Shown: positions 38,238 to 47,416 of the stretch, piece by piece
Layout of the letters: each line of letters begins with the position of its first letter
Position numbering within the stretch: the first letter of the stretch is position 1
NCBI GenBank assembly: GCA_964499705.1
Contig: CAZCME010000002.1
Coordinates: 124,001 to 188,000 of the forward strand
DNA: 64,000 bases
Origin: an uncultured bacterium
Lineage (GTDB): Bacteria; UBA8481
Direction: 5' to 3'
Translations under genes and position numbers: made by a program
Notes under the pieces: model-generated
What the model was told of the DNA's origin: nothing
Databases searched by the model: none
Seen by the model: only the letters and a program-made list of their open reading frames with translations

Positions 38238-38346
38238 GCCGCAGAGTATACGGCGTCAGGTCCCCGATTTGTCCATTTGAAAGTGGGCCGGGCATTTCAA
38301 GTTCTGAGTGGAGAGTCATTCAGGTTCCTGTATACTCCTGTGCTCC

Positions 38347-38511
38347 ATGCATGAATTTTCCGGCAAATTGATCCTGATTCTCGTTTTCCTCGCCTTTGTG
38401 GCCGGTGCCCTCGTGGTGACCTTCGACAGCAGCTATACGATCGAGGAGAATGTCGAATCCAACAAGGATTACTATCCTTCGGTGAAAGTGGACACCGGCA
38501 ATGGCCATTAA
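38347..38511 (+). CDS. Small single-TM protein, paralog of 38046-38237
   Basis: MHEFSGKLILILVFLAFVAGALVV..ESNKDYYP; TATACT upstream; overlaps next ATG by 11 nt. Confidence 0.7.
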   Translation: MHEFSGKLILILVFLAFVAGALVVTFDSSYTIEENVESNKDYYPSVKVDTGNGH

Positions 38512-41500
38512 GAATCTTCTGAACGATCTCGATTGGCGCGCGGCCGCGCGGCTGGCGGGCGCGCGGTTCAAGCATTGGCTGGCGAATCCCGTGCCCCTCA
38601 GTTTTTCCAAGATCGGCACGTATCAGAATTGTCCCTACAAATACCACGTGATCTATGATCAGCATCAGCCGGGAAAACCGAGCCCCGCTCTGGCTGTTGG
38701 AACCGTCATGCATAACACGCTGTATGCGTTCGAATCGATCACGGCGAAGGATCGAGGCTTCGCCGACCTGGAGCGGCTCTATCGCAGGCACTGGGACATG
38801 GAGATCGGCGAGCACAGGCGCCGATGGGGATCGAGTCTTTACCAGACGATCGCGGCGGAGAAAGGCTCCTCCGCGGACGAGCTCGAGAAGGAAGCGTTCG
38901 AAAAGGGGATTCTCGTCATCAAGAACTACTGGGCCAACGAGCGGAATAATCCCAACAAGGTGCGCTACGTGGAAAAGTGGGTCTTCGCCGAGCTCTTCAA
39001 ATACCACATCACGGGCCGGATCGACCGGATCGACCAGAGGCCGGACGGATCGTACCAGATCATCGACTACAAGACGGGCGAGCGCATCTACGACCAGACG
39101 ACGCTGAAAGATGCTTCGCGCGGTTATGGGCTCCAGGCGGGCCTCTACTATGAAATGAGCCGCGAAGCGTGGCGTGATCGCGTCTCAAGCTTCGTCTTTC
39201 GCTACCTGCAGAAGAAGCAGTCGATGCTTGATCATCTGTTGGAAAGCTGGATGGAGCAGATTCTGGCGGCGAGCCGTCAGGCTCTGGCGGGAAATGCTTC
39301 GGGCGCGGCGAGGCCGGAGCGCGCTCTGATGCGGGAGCGGATGATCGCAAAATTGGATGAGAATATCCGCGACAAGCTGCGCGAGAAACTGCTCGCGAAG
39401 TTCGCGGCGGAGCGGGAAGAGGAGCGGATCCGCGGCGAGCTGAAAAAGATTTCGCCTGATGAAGAAGAGCGCTTGCTCGAAGGGCTCGACGGAGCGAGCC
39501 TGTCCCAGGGGCGGGCGTTCGTGCGTGGGCTCAACAGATCGGCGGAGTCCCGCGTGAATGACGGCGTGCGAAATGCCATCGCGGATCCGATCCGCATGCG
39601 GGACTATTATGACGACGCGAACCGCGCTCTGGAGGCGATCCTGGCGCGCGTCGATCCTGTCAGATCCGCGGTGGCTGTGGACACGGTCCTCGACGGTTAC
39701 GAGGCGGCCCTCACGGCATGCGGGACGGGCGCATGGCCCGATCTCGATATCACGACGCGACAGACCATCTCCGGGGAGATCGTCGATATCATCCACCATC
39801 AGGATGCCAAGGACAGGACCGAACGAAAGCTGCGGAACATGGAGGCGGCCGAGCTTCGGAGTGTTGTCGAGGCGATGATTCCGGAATATCCGGAACTGGA
39901 TCTTTCGCACGGCAGGGGAATTGCCTCGGTGGTCGTCGAGGAGTTGAAAGCGTCGTATCCGCGGCACTTCGACGTCTATACGATCGACGACGTGGCGCGC
40001 CGGATGAGCGAAAATGCTCCGGAAGGATATCTCAGGCCCGATTACCGCGAGCGGATCGCGAGGGTGTTGGATGGGATCGAGAATAAGGCGACGATGCCGG
40101 GGGATGCCGCAGGGGCCGAGCGCCGCGGCGTCATGCTGAAACCTCTCCACGAAGCGTTCAAGCGCCTATTGAAGGGCGCCGTCCTGCTGGTGGCCGATTC
40201 GATCGGAAAGGGGCAAGCCGCGGATCTGACCGAGGTGGAGAAGCAGCGTTACATCCGGATTCTTACCACGCTGGGCGATCCCATCTTCACGCACCTCGCC
40301 GCTCAGAAGATCGCGGAAGCGCTCTCGAAGAGCGTCTTCGGCGAGATTCACTTCGCCGCGGGTGTCGTTCCCGTGACGAAACACATCACCGATCTCTTCG
40401 AGCGCCCCGACGTCGCCGCGATCCTGGCGTCTCAACATCCCGATTGGGATCCGGGGCGCGTCCAATCCGAGACGCAGTCGCTGATCGAGAAGCTCGATTG
40501 GCGCGACGTGGAGACGATTGTGGAAGACGCGTTCCGAATCTCGCGCGAGGAGTGGCGGAAATTCGTGGAACGCGTCATCGCGCCCGGCCTCCGTGATGCG
40601 GTGACGACGATCTCGTCGCCCGAAGCCGCGTCGACGGCGATCGAGGAGGCGGCGATTCTCTTCGAAAACCGGCTCCATCGCATCGTCGCGCACGACGTCG
40701 AGGTGCCGTACTCGCCGGAGATGCGCGAGAACATCCGTCGCGTCCTCGATGATGTTCAGGATGGAATTCGCAAAAAAGATTTCTCCATGGCCAAGGGTTC
40801 GCTCTGCGGCTGGTGCGAATACCAGTCCGGGTGCCCCGCGTGGTGCCAGCATCGCTCTCTCTGCGAGGGCGTCTGCAAGGATGTCTACAACTGCCGCAAG
40901 TGGTATGACGCGGAGACGGGTCGGCTCCGCGACGACAGGCCGAAGGAGATGAGCGCGGAGGAATTCGAGCGCAGGATCCGCGAGAAGTTCGTCACGACCG
41001 ATCGGTCGCTCTTCCGGCTTTCATTCTCCAAGATGAACACTTACGACCTCTGCCCCATGAACTATAGGAAACTCTATCTCGATCACTGCCCGCCGCAGCC
41101 GAAGGCGTTCTTCTCGATCGGGCTTTCGTACCACAGTACGATGGAGGATCTCTTCGTCTACGACGGTCCTCACAAGCATCCGTCCCTGGAGAAGGTCAAG
41201 GAGATGTTCAAGGCGAAATGGATTTCCGCAGGGTACCGGAGCGCTGAGGAGGAGGACTTTTATTTCCGCAGGGGGCTCCGGATGTGCGAGGACTACCACG
41301 CGAAGTTCATCACCGGGAAGTACCGGCGCGCGTACGCCACGGAGGAGTATTTCGAATTCCGCGTCGGTAAGACGCTCTTGAACGGATTCATCGACCGCGT
41401 CGACCGTGACGAGGACGGGCAGTTCACGATCGTCGATTACAAGACGAATCCGAAGATGTACACGCAGGAGGAGCTCGAGGACGATCAGCAGATGACGATG

Positions 41501-41917
41501 TATTACCTCGCGGCGCGGGAGGGAAAACTGGGTTGCTCGGGTTACAAGCCCTTCGAGCCGAAGCAGTTCGTTTTCCAGTTCGTCAACTTCTGCAAGGAAC
41601 TTGTGACGCACAGGAAGGCGCCGGACCTGGACGTCTTCGTGGATCGCGTTTCGCATTTCACCGACGAGATCGAGTGGAGGCAGAAGGCGTACAAGGCGAG
41701 CGGGTTCGATCCGCGCATCGGCATGCTTCTCTTTCCGCCGAAGGAGAACAAATACTGCCAGTCGTGCGATCACCACCATATCTGTCCCCTGAAATCGGAT
41801 GTGACCGTGAGCCAGGAGATCGAGAAGAAGGGGATCCACTTCGAGGACATCTTCGTCGATGCGGAAGCGATGGCGCAGTTCGACGACCGGACGGCTGAAG
41901 CGGATTCGAAGCAGTGA
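38501..41917 (+). CDS. Tandem double PD-(D/E)XK nuclease (two AddB/Cas4-like Fe-S domains) with large helical insertion
   Basis: LSFSKIGTYQNCP..GRIDRID..IIDYKTG..CGWCEYQSGCP and LSFSKMNTYDLCP..GFIDRVD..IVDYKT..CQSCDHHHICP. Confidence 0.9.
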   Translation: MAIKNLLNDLDWRAAARLAGARFKHWLANPVPLSFSKIGTYQNCPYKYHVIYDQHQPGKPSPALAVGTVMHNTLYAFESITAKDRGFADLERLYRRHWDMEIGEHRRRWGSSLYQTIAAEKGSSADELEKEAFEKGILVIKNYWANERNNPNKVRYVEKWVFAELFKYHITGRIDRIDQRPDGSYQIIDYKTGERIYDQTTLKDASRGYGLQAGLYYEMSREAWRDRVSSFVFRYLQKKQSMLDHLLESWMEQILAASRQALAGNASGAARPERALMRERMIAKLDENIRDKLREKLLAKFAAEREEERIRGELKKISPDEEERLLEGLDGASLSQGRAFVRGLNRSAESRVNDGVRNAIADPIRMRDYYDDANRALEAILARVDPVRSAVAVDTVLDGYEAALTACGTGAWPDLDITTRQTISGEIVDIIHHQDAKDRTERKLRNMEAAELRSVVEAMIPEYPELDLSHGRGIASVVVEELKASYPRHFDVYTIDDVARRMSENAPEGYLRPDYRERIARVLDGIENKATMPGDAAGAERRGVMLKPLHEAFKRLLKGAVLLVADSIGKGQAADLTEVEKQRYIRILTTLGDPIFTHLAAQKIAEALSKSVFGEIHFAAGVVPVTKHITDLFERPDVAAILASQHPDWDPGRVQSETQSLIEKLDWRDVETIVEDAFRISREEWRKFVERVIAPGLRDAVTTISSPEAASTAIEEAAILFENRLHRIVAHDVEVPYSPEMRENIRRVLDDVQDGIRKKDFSMAKGSLCGWCEYQSGCPAWCQHRSLCEGVCKDVYNCRKWYDAETGRLRDDRPKEMSAEEFERRIREKFVTTDRSLFRLSFSKMNTYDLCPMNYRKLYLDHCPPQPKAFFSIGLSYHSTMEDLFVYDGPHKHPSLEKVKEMFKAKWISAGYRSAEEEDFYFRRGLRMCEDYHAKFITGKYRRAYATEEYFEFRVGKTLLNGFIDRVDRDEDGQFTIVDYKTNPKMYTQEELEDDQQMTMYYLAAREGKLGCSGYKPFEPKQFVFQFVNFCKELVTHRKAPDLDVFVDRVSHFTDEIEWRQKAYKASGFDPRIGMLLFPPKENKYCQSCDHHHICPLKSDVTVSQEIEKKGIHFEDIFVDAEAMAQFDDRTAEADSKQ

Positions 41918-44900
41918 CGAAGCCGCTTCCGGATCCCACGGCGGTCTGGTTCGTCTTCTCCGCGGCGGGACAGCAGGGGCCCTACACGCCCGAGCAGATC
42001 ACCCGATGGCGGCGTGACGGGTTGGTTTCTGGCGAGTGGTATGTCTGGCGCGAAGGGTGGACCGACTGGCGCTTGCTCGATGAGGTCGACGAACTTCGCG
42101 TGCAGGCGACCGCGGCTCCGCTGCCTCCTGTCGCGCCTTCGCGAAAGGTTTCGGAAGAAGAGCGCAGGGAATTGCCGGGCTCGATCGTCCCGCAGGTTGC
42201 GGCGATGGAACTCAAGAAGGAATCGGCGAAGCAGGAAATGGCGCCCGCGTCGGCGCGCGAAGCGTCCTCCGTCGTCGCTTCCGTCGTCCCCGCCATTTCA
42301 AAACGTGCCGGAGCCGTGCAGCACAAGGTCCGCCTAAGTTTCAAGGACACCGTCACGATGTACTTGAAGCTCATCTTCATAAAGCTCATGCAGTATCTCG
42401 AGATCTGCGCGATCCCGTATCTCGTCGGAATCGGATTGGCCGTCGGATACCGCTTCAAGCTTCCGGCGGAATATTGGGAAATCGCCGAGTGGCTCGGCGT
42501 CGGAGGAGTCCTCCTCGCGTTCTACGTCCCTGTCATCGTATTCCATGCGCTGTATCTTTTCTATCTCAGGGCGAAAAATCCCGGGTACTCCATCGTCTTC
42601 TTTCTGGAGGATCGTCTCTCCGAGCGCAACTTCACGCGGCTCCTCGCGTTGTGCGCCATCGTTGTCTCTGTGGCATTCGGCGTCATCAACTACAGTTTCG
42701 CGACCGACATCTCCGATCCGCGCCACATCTCGAAATTCGTCGCCAAACCCTGGGAGACGAATCCCGTGACGTTGACGGGCACGATCATCCGGGAACCTGA
42801 ATTCCGCGACTACAGCGTCTGGCTCTATATCGAACCGACGAAGTTGAAGAAAGCGGGGGAGAAGACCACGAAGAATATCGACGGAGGTTTCGTTCTCGCC
42901 AAGATCAACAGGACGGTCGAGGGATTCGAGGAGTTCGAGTACGGAGAAGAAGTGAAGCTGATTTCGGATCTGCGGGAACCGGAGCCCGCGGTCAACCCGG
43001 GAACGTTCGATTACAAGACGCACCTCAACAACCGGAACATCTACGGGATCATGACCGTCAACGCCGCGGAGAACATTTCGGTCGTGAGCCGTCCCGATAA
43101 GAACGTCATCGTCGCGATCTCTCTCGCGGTGAAGGAGAAATTCCTGGGGATCATGAAGCAAACTCTGCCGTACCCTCATTCCTCATTCCAGGGCGGCATC
43201 ATCTACGGCTTGAAGACGGGACTGCCTCCGGAGCAGCATTTCGAGTTCAAGTGGGCCGGAATGGCGTGGGTGCTCGTTGTCGCCGGAGCGCACCTCCTGA
43301 TGGTTTACCTGACTCTGAAGATGATTCTCGAGAGCCTGCGCCCGAATCCGAAGGTCGGATTCGTCATCCTCTTCAGCATGCTCCTGGTATTCCTCATACT
43401 GACCGGCATTAATCCTCCGACGGTGCGCGCCTTCATCATGCTCTTCCTCTATGAATTCACCAAGACATTCCTGGGCCAGGATACCCGCGCGGCCGTGAAG
43501 AGCGCGATCTCCATCGCGGCGTTTCTCCTCCTCGCGTCCCACATGTATCCCTACTTCTCGCCGCTTATGATCTTCGATCCGACCGTGACGCTCTCTTTTG
43601 GAGCGGTTCTCTCGCTCTCGTTCCTCTCGCGCCCCGTCGAGCGGATGCTGCGGCGTTACGCGTACGGCTTGACGAGCGTTATCCTGCTGACCGGCCTAGT
43701 CGGGACGATGGCGACGATGAACATACTGCGGCCTCCGACACTTTCCCTCATGGGGCGACAGACTCTTCCCATCGCGGCCGCCACGCTCGCGCTGGCCGCG
43801 ATCACGATCGCCTGGAACAACCGGTTTCGCCGGAAGCACAATCTCGACCATGTCTACCTGGGATACAACGACCCGTCGCTCTTCCGAGGTTTCAGGCGCT
43901 GGGTCCATCCCGACTGTTTCTCCTACAACAATCTGCCGAAGTTCGTGCTCGGGTTTCTCGGCGCTCAGATCGCGATCCAGTTCGGAATGGTGCTGCCTCT
44001 GTCGAGCTGGTACTTCCAGCGATCTCCCGTCGGCGGATTCATCGCCAATGTCATCGCGTTCCCGGCGCTCGGCGCGATCATCCAGGTCGGGCTTGTCGCC
44101 GTTCTTCTTGGATGCATCCCGGTGATCGGAATCTACCTTGCGTTCCTGTTGAATGCCGCGGATTACCTCGGCATCGAGCTGTTGATGCAACTGGCACACT
44201 GGTCAAAGGTGCTCTTCCCCTATCCGATGGCGATGAAACCCGGCGCGTCCCAGATCTTTCTCTATTATTGCATCCTGGTCGGATTCATTCTCTTCGATCG
44301 CGTCTTCTACTCCATGGACAAGCGCGGGTACATGTCGCTTCGTGAACTTTTCAAGGAGAAGTACGACACGACGCACAAGACTTTCTACAGGATGCTTCTG
44401 CCGATCGTGAACGGTTCGATTCGGCAGGCTGTTGTCCTCCTGCTCTTCTGCGGCGCGGCGGGCTGGGGGGCGGTCGTTCTGGCCGAGGGAAGGACGCCCG
44501 ATCACGTCCGCGTCATCGTCATGGAGCTCGACGGCGGATCGGGAATCCTGATCGAGACTCCTTCCGGCGGGCATTACCTCGTCGACGCCGGTAACGTCGA
44601 TTGGCGCGGCACGTTCGATCCGGGCGAGCGAACGGTCGCGCCCGTTGTCCTGAATCAGCAGGTGGAACATCTCGAGGGCGTGATCATTTCATCCGTCCGG
44701 ACGGAGAATCTCGGAGGCATCGCGTTCCTGCTCGAGAATTTCACCATCGACCATCTCTATGTGCCTTTCGATCCGAAGCTGTTGATGCGCGCGGCCGTTT
44801 TCGACTCGGCCGCGTTCGAGCAGGCGACCGGCAAGCCGCCGAAGTCGAAGAGCGACCGGACGCTTCTCGGCGCGATGGAGAAGATCCGATTGGTGGTCCG

Positions 44901-45552
44901 CGAGAAGGAATTGAACGTGCGCCGGGTGAACGGCGGTGACGTGATCCTGAAGGAGGAAGGATGTATCATCACGGCGCTGACGCCGATCGATCAGATTCCG
45001 AGAACGGTCGCTGTGGTCGCCGTGGACACGCACGTGCCCGCGGACACCCTGCTGGCGCAATCGCTTGCCGCTGCCTCCGCGGAGCCCGAGCCGAACATGA
45101 AGCGGGCCGTGATCGCTTTCCGGATCGCGTGCGGAGCGAAGACGATTCTTGTCGCCAACGACATCTACGACAGGGAAGAGCAGGCACTGGTGGCAAGCGA
45201 GAAGAATCTCAGTGCGGACGTCCTCCTGATACCTTCGCACGCCAAGGACTGGGCTTCGAGCGAGGAATTTGTCACCGCCGTGAAACCGAAATACGCGATC
45301 GCGCAGTATCGCTCGCCGTCGGGACGCTATGCGCAACCGGACGGAGCAGACGAGATTTTCGCACGGTATGAAGCGGCCGGCGCACAGGTGTTGCGGACGG
45401 ATCGGAACGGCGGCGTCGTGATCGACGTATGGCCGAGCGGCCGGATTCTGGTGGAACCTATGATGCATGCCGGCGGAACTGTGGCGGCGGAGTCCGCCGG
45501 CGAAGCGGGAATCGAACAGTCGGCTGTGAGGAGCGAAGGTACGGGGCTTTGA
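41914..45552 (+). CDS. comEC: ComEC/Rec2 homolog B with N-terminal GYF_2 (DUF4339)-like domain
   Basis: QQGPY..VWREGWTDW; NPGTFDY, VLVVAGAHL, VRAFIM, TLSFGAV, YLVDAG, RTDRNGGV; GTGA overlap with nuclease gene. Confidence 0.88.
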   Translation: MTKPLPDPTAVWFVFSAAGQQGPYTPEQITRWRRDGLVSGEWYVWREGWTDWRLLDEVDELRVQATAAPLPPVAPSRKVSEEERRELPGSIVPQVAAMELKKESAKQEMAPASAREASSVVASVVPAISKRAGAVQHKVRLSFKDTVTMYLKLIFIKLMQYLEICAIPYLVGIGLAVGYRFKLPAEYWEIAEWLGVGGVLLAFYVPVIVFHALYLFYLRAKNPGYSIVFFLEDRLSERNFTRLLALCAIVVSVAFGVINYSFATDISDPRHISKFVAKPWETNPVTLTGTIIREPEFRDYSVWLYIEPTKLKKAGEKTTKNIDGGFVLAKINRTVEGFEEFEYGEEVKLISDLREPEPAVNPGTFDYKTHLNNRNIYGIMTVNAAENISVVSRPDKNVIVAISLAVKEKFLGIMKQTLPYPHSSFQGGIIYGLKTGLPPEQHFEFKWAGMAWVLVVAGAHLLMVYLTLKMILESLRPNPKVGFVILFSMLLVFLILTGINPPTVRAFIMLFLYEFTKTFLGQDTRAAVKSAISIAAFLLLASHMYPYFSPLMIFDPTVTLSFGAVLSLSFLSRPVERMLRRYAYGLTSVILLTGLVGTMATMNILRPPTLSLMGRQTLPIAAATLALAAITIAWNNRFRRKHNLDHVYLGYNDPSLFRGFRRWVHPDCFSYNNLPKFVLGFLGAQIAIQFGMVLPLSSWYFQRSPVGGFIANVIAFPALGAIIQVGLVAVLLGCIPVIGIYLAFLLNAADYLGIELLMQLAHWSKVLFPYPMAMKPGASQIFLYYCILVGFILFDRVFYSMDKRGYMSLRELFKEKYDTTHKTFYRMLLPIVNGSIRQAVVLLLFCGAAGWGAVVLAEGRTPDHVRVIVMELDGGSGILIETPSGGHYLVDAGNVDWRGTFDPGERTVAPVVLNQQVEHLEGVIISSVRTENLGGIAFLLENFTIDHLYVPFDPKLLMRAAVFDSAAFEQATGKPPKSKSDRTLLGAMEKIRLVVREKELNVRRVNGGDVILKEEGCIITALTPIDQIPRTVAVVAVDTHVPADTLLAQSLAAASAEPEPNMKRAVIAFRIACGAKTILVANDIYDREEQALVASEKNLSADVLLIPSHAKDWASSEEFVTAVKPKYAIAQYRSPSGRYAQPDGADEIFARYEAAGAQVLRTDRNGGVVIDVWPSGRILVEPMMHAGGTVAAESAGEAGIEQSAVRSEGTGL

Positions 45553-45638
45553 CGTACCCTTGAAATCGTCGGCGAATTCGTCAACGCCGGAGAACCTTGA
45601 TCACGAACGCACATATGAAACCAGGCTTCTCCGCCTTC

Positions 45639-46727
45639 TCAGGCGAGAAAGGCCGCCCGTGTTATCACGATATTTACGATGATGTAGGCCGGGATCATGA
45701 TCGCTGCGGTCAACCGGTCTAGGGCACGCGAAAGGTCCGGGTCGTCCCACTTGCCGAAGATGGCCAGCGAGATGACGGACTCCGCCACGATGAGAAAGAT
45801 CGTGCCAAGGCCGATGCCGTTCACGAAATCGACAAGGCCCAACCCGCCGCTGTCGGGGACCATGGAATTGGCGAGGTAGATGTTCGCTACGGCGCCGAAG
45901 AATGCGCCGGCCGCGAGACCGAACCGCGGATCGACGTCCGAGGGCTTGATGAAGAGGACGCAGAAAGCGAGCGAGATCGCGGCGAAAAGAGCCAGGGAAA
46001 TCTTGAGGAAGAGGTCGTAACCGGGACGGTTGAGGTTGATGCCGAGGACATACTGCGAGACGATGCGCTTCATGTCGGCTGGAAGCCGGGGATCGCCGTG
46101 CCTCGATTTGTACGTGTGATTTTTAACGGCGTCGCGGAATCCCGTCAACGTGTATCCGGGAACCTTGACGCGGGAACTCACGCTCGTGGCTCCGGCATCG
46201 ACCGCGTAACGAAGCGCCATTCCGTCCCGCGAGCCGTCCTCGATGTACAGGTTCAGCATGTGGTCTTCCAGGGGGAACCTTCCGATATCGAAGAACTTCG
46301 TGATGTGCGCGGTCACGCGGCAGCGCTGGTAATTCGTGCCGTCTGGATCATGAACATCGTCGAGCATGGTCCGGGATGCGATCTCCCCGTCGATCACCTG
46401 AAAAGAGCCGCCTGGATCGAGTTTCGGATCTCCGGTCCAACGGAACCAGACGTAGAAATCCACGTCCCATGACGATTCGCGGATCGAGAGATTGACGATG
46501 CGGTCGATGTAGGTGCCGATCGAAACCGTCGCGAAGGGCCCGGATTCCGGGAGAGGATCAGGCGGAGTCTTACCCGGCTCCGCGCGCGTCGGATCGAGCC
46601 GTGCCGCGTGTCGCGCGGCGGCGGTGTCCCTCGTCTCGGCCAGCGAACGCGAAATTGTCCAACCGGCGACGGAGTAGATCGACAGTAGAAGAATGGCCCA
46701 GACGGCCAGGATGAGCGATTTATTCAT
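45639..46727 (-). CDS. Prokaryotic pentameric ligand-gated ion channel (GLIC/ELIC-like)
   Basis: VSIGTYIDRIVNLSI..WDVDFYVWFRW, Pro-loop FDIGRFPLEDH, conserved R before four C-terminal TMs. Confidence 0.8.
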   Translation of the reverse strand: MNKSLILAVWAILLLSIYSVAGWTISRSLAETRDTAAARHAARLDPTRAEPGKTPPDPLPESGPFATVSIGTYIDRIVNLSIRESSWDVDFYVWFRWTGDPKLDPGGSFQVIDGEIASRTMLDDVHDPDGTNYQRCRVTAHITKFFDIGRFPLEDHMLNLYIEDGSRDGMALRYAVDAGATSVSSRVKVPGYTLTGFRDAVKNHTYKSRHGDPRLPADMKRIVSQYVLGINLNRPGYDLFLKISLALFAAISLAFCVLFIKPSDVDPRFGLAAGAFFGAVANIYLANSMVPDSGGLGLVDFVNGIGLGTIFLIVAESVISLAIFGKWDDPDLSRALDRLTAAIMIPAYIIVNIVITRAAFLA

Positions 46728-46822
46728 ACCGCATGTTCTCGGAAACTGGTGACAAGGTCAACACCGCGAATTTAAGATGACCCTCCGCCGATCCCGGCGG
46801 AGGGCCTTGCTGCGCTCGATGA

Positions 46823-47275
46823 TTATTCGATCGTTGCGTCTTCGGCATTCAGCGTAAGCTTGTTGATCGCCGTCAACTTGAGATCGTCGTAGACATGCTC
46901 GTCGCCGTTGTCCTCGACTGCCTTCAGGTCCCATAGTTCGACGTCGCTTTTGTATCCCGTGAACGAGATCTTCGTGCTCGATGCATTCTTGAATAGTTCG
47001 CCGGCCGGGACCATGTTCTCCTCCCAGTTCTTGACATCGGAGGGAGAAAGATACAATTCCTTGATGTCGTAACCCGTCGCGTTGACAAGCTCGAAATCGA
47101 GGGCTGACTCCGTCTGCATAGTGTCCGTCGCCGGTGCCGCGGCTTGCGGGGGAGGCGCCGGCGCGGCGGGAGCCGGTGCGGGAGCAGCGGCCGGTTCCGC
47201 GGGCTTCGCGCCTCCGCATGCTGAAAGTCCGACTGAGATCACGCCGATAACCAACCATGTTGTGACTTGCTTCAT
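46823..47275 (-). CDS. Lipoprotein with Ala/Pro linker and small beta-sandwich domain
   Basis: Lipobox LSAC, PAPAPA linker, DFELVNATGYDIKELYLSP..W..WDLK; SD GAAAGG. Confidence 0.75.
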   Translation of the reverse strand: MKQVTTWLVIGVISVGLSACGGAKPAEPAAAPAPAPAAPAPPPQAAAPATDTMQTESALDFELVNATGYDIKELYLSPSDVKNWEENMVPAGELFKNASSTKISFTGYKSDVELWDLKAVEDNGDEHVYDDLKLTAINKLTLNAEDATIE

Positions 47276-47416
47276 TTCTTACCTTTCCTTTCGAGGAAAA
47301 ATCCTGCCTGGATTGAATTCGTGGATTCCATGGATCCGCTTGACGTCCGCGCAGTGTATCGGCCAGCTGATTCAAGGTGAAGAGGTTTTACGTGCGCTTT
47401 CCTACAGTTCCATTTT

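Noticed and set aside
38501-41917. CRISPR-Cas (Cas4) or AddAB/RecBCD assignment
   Set aside because: No repeat-spacer array, cas1/cas2 or other cas genes in the window; no Walker A or helicase motifs in the protein or its neighbours
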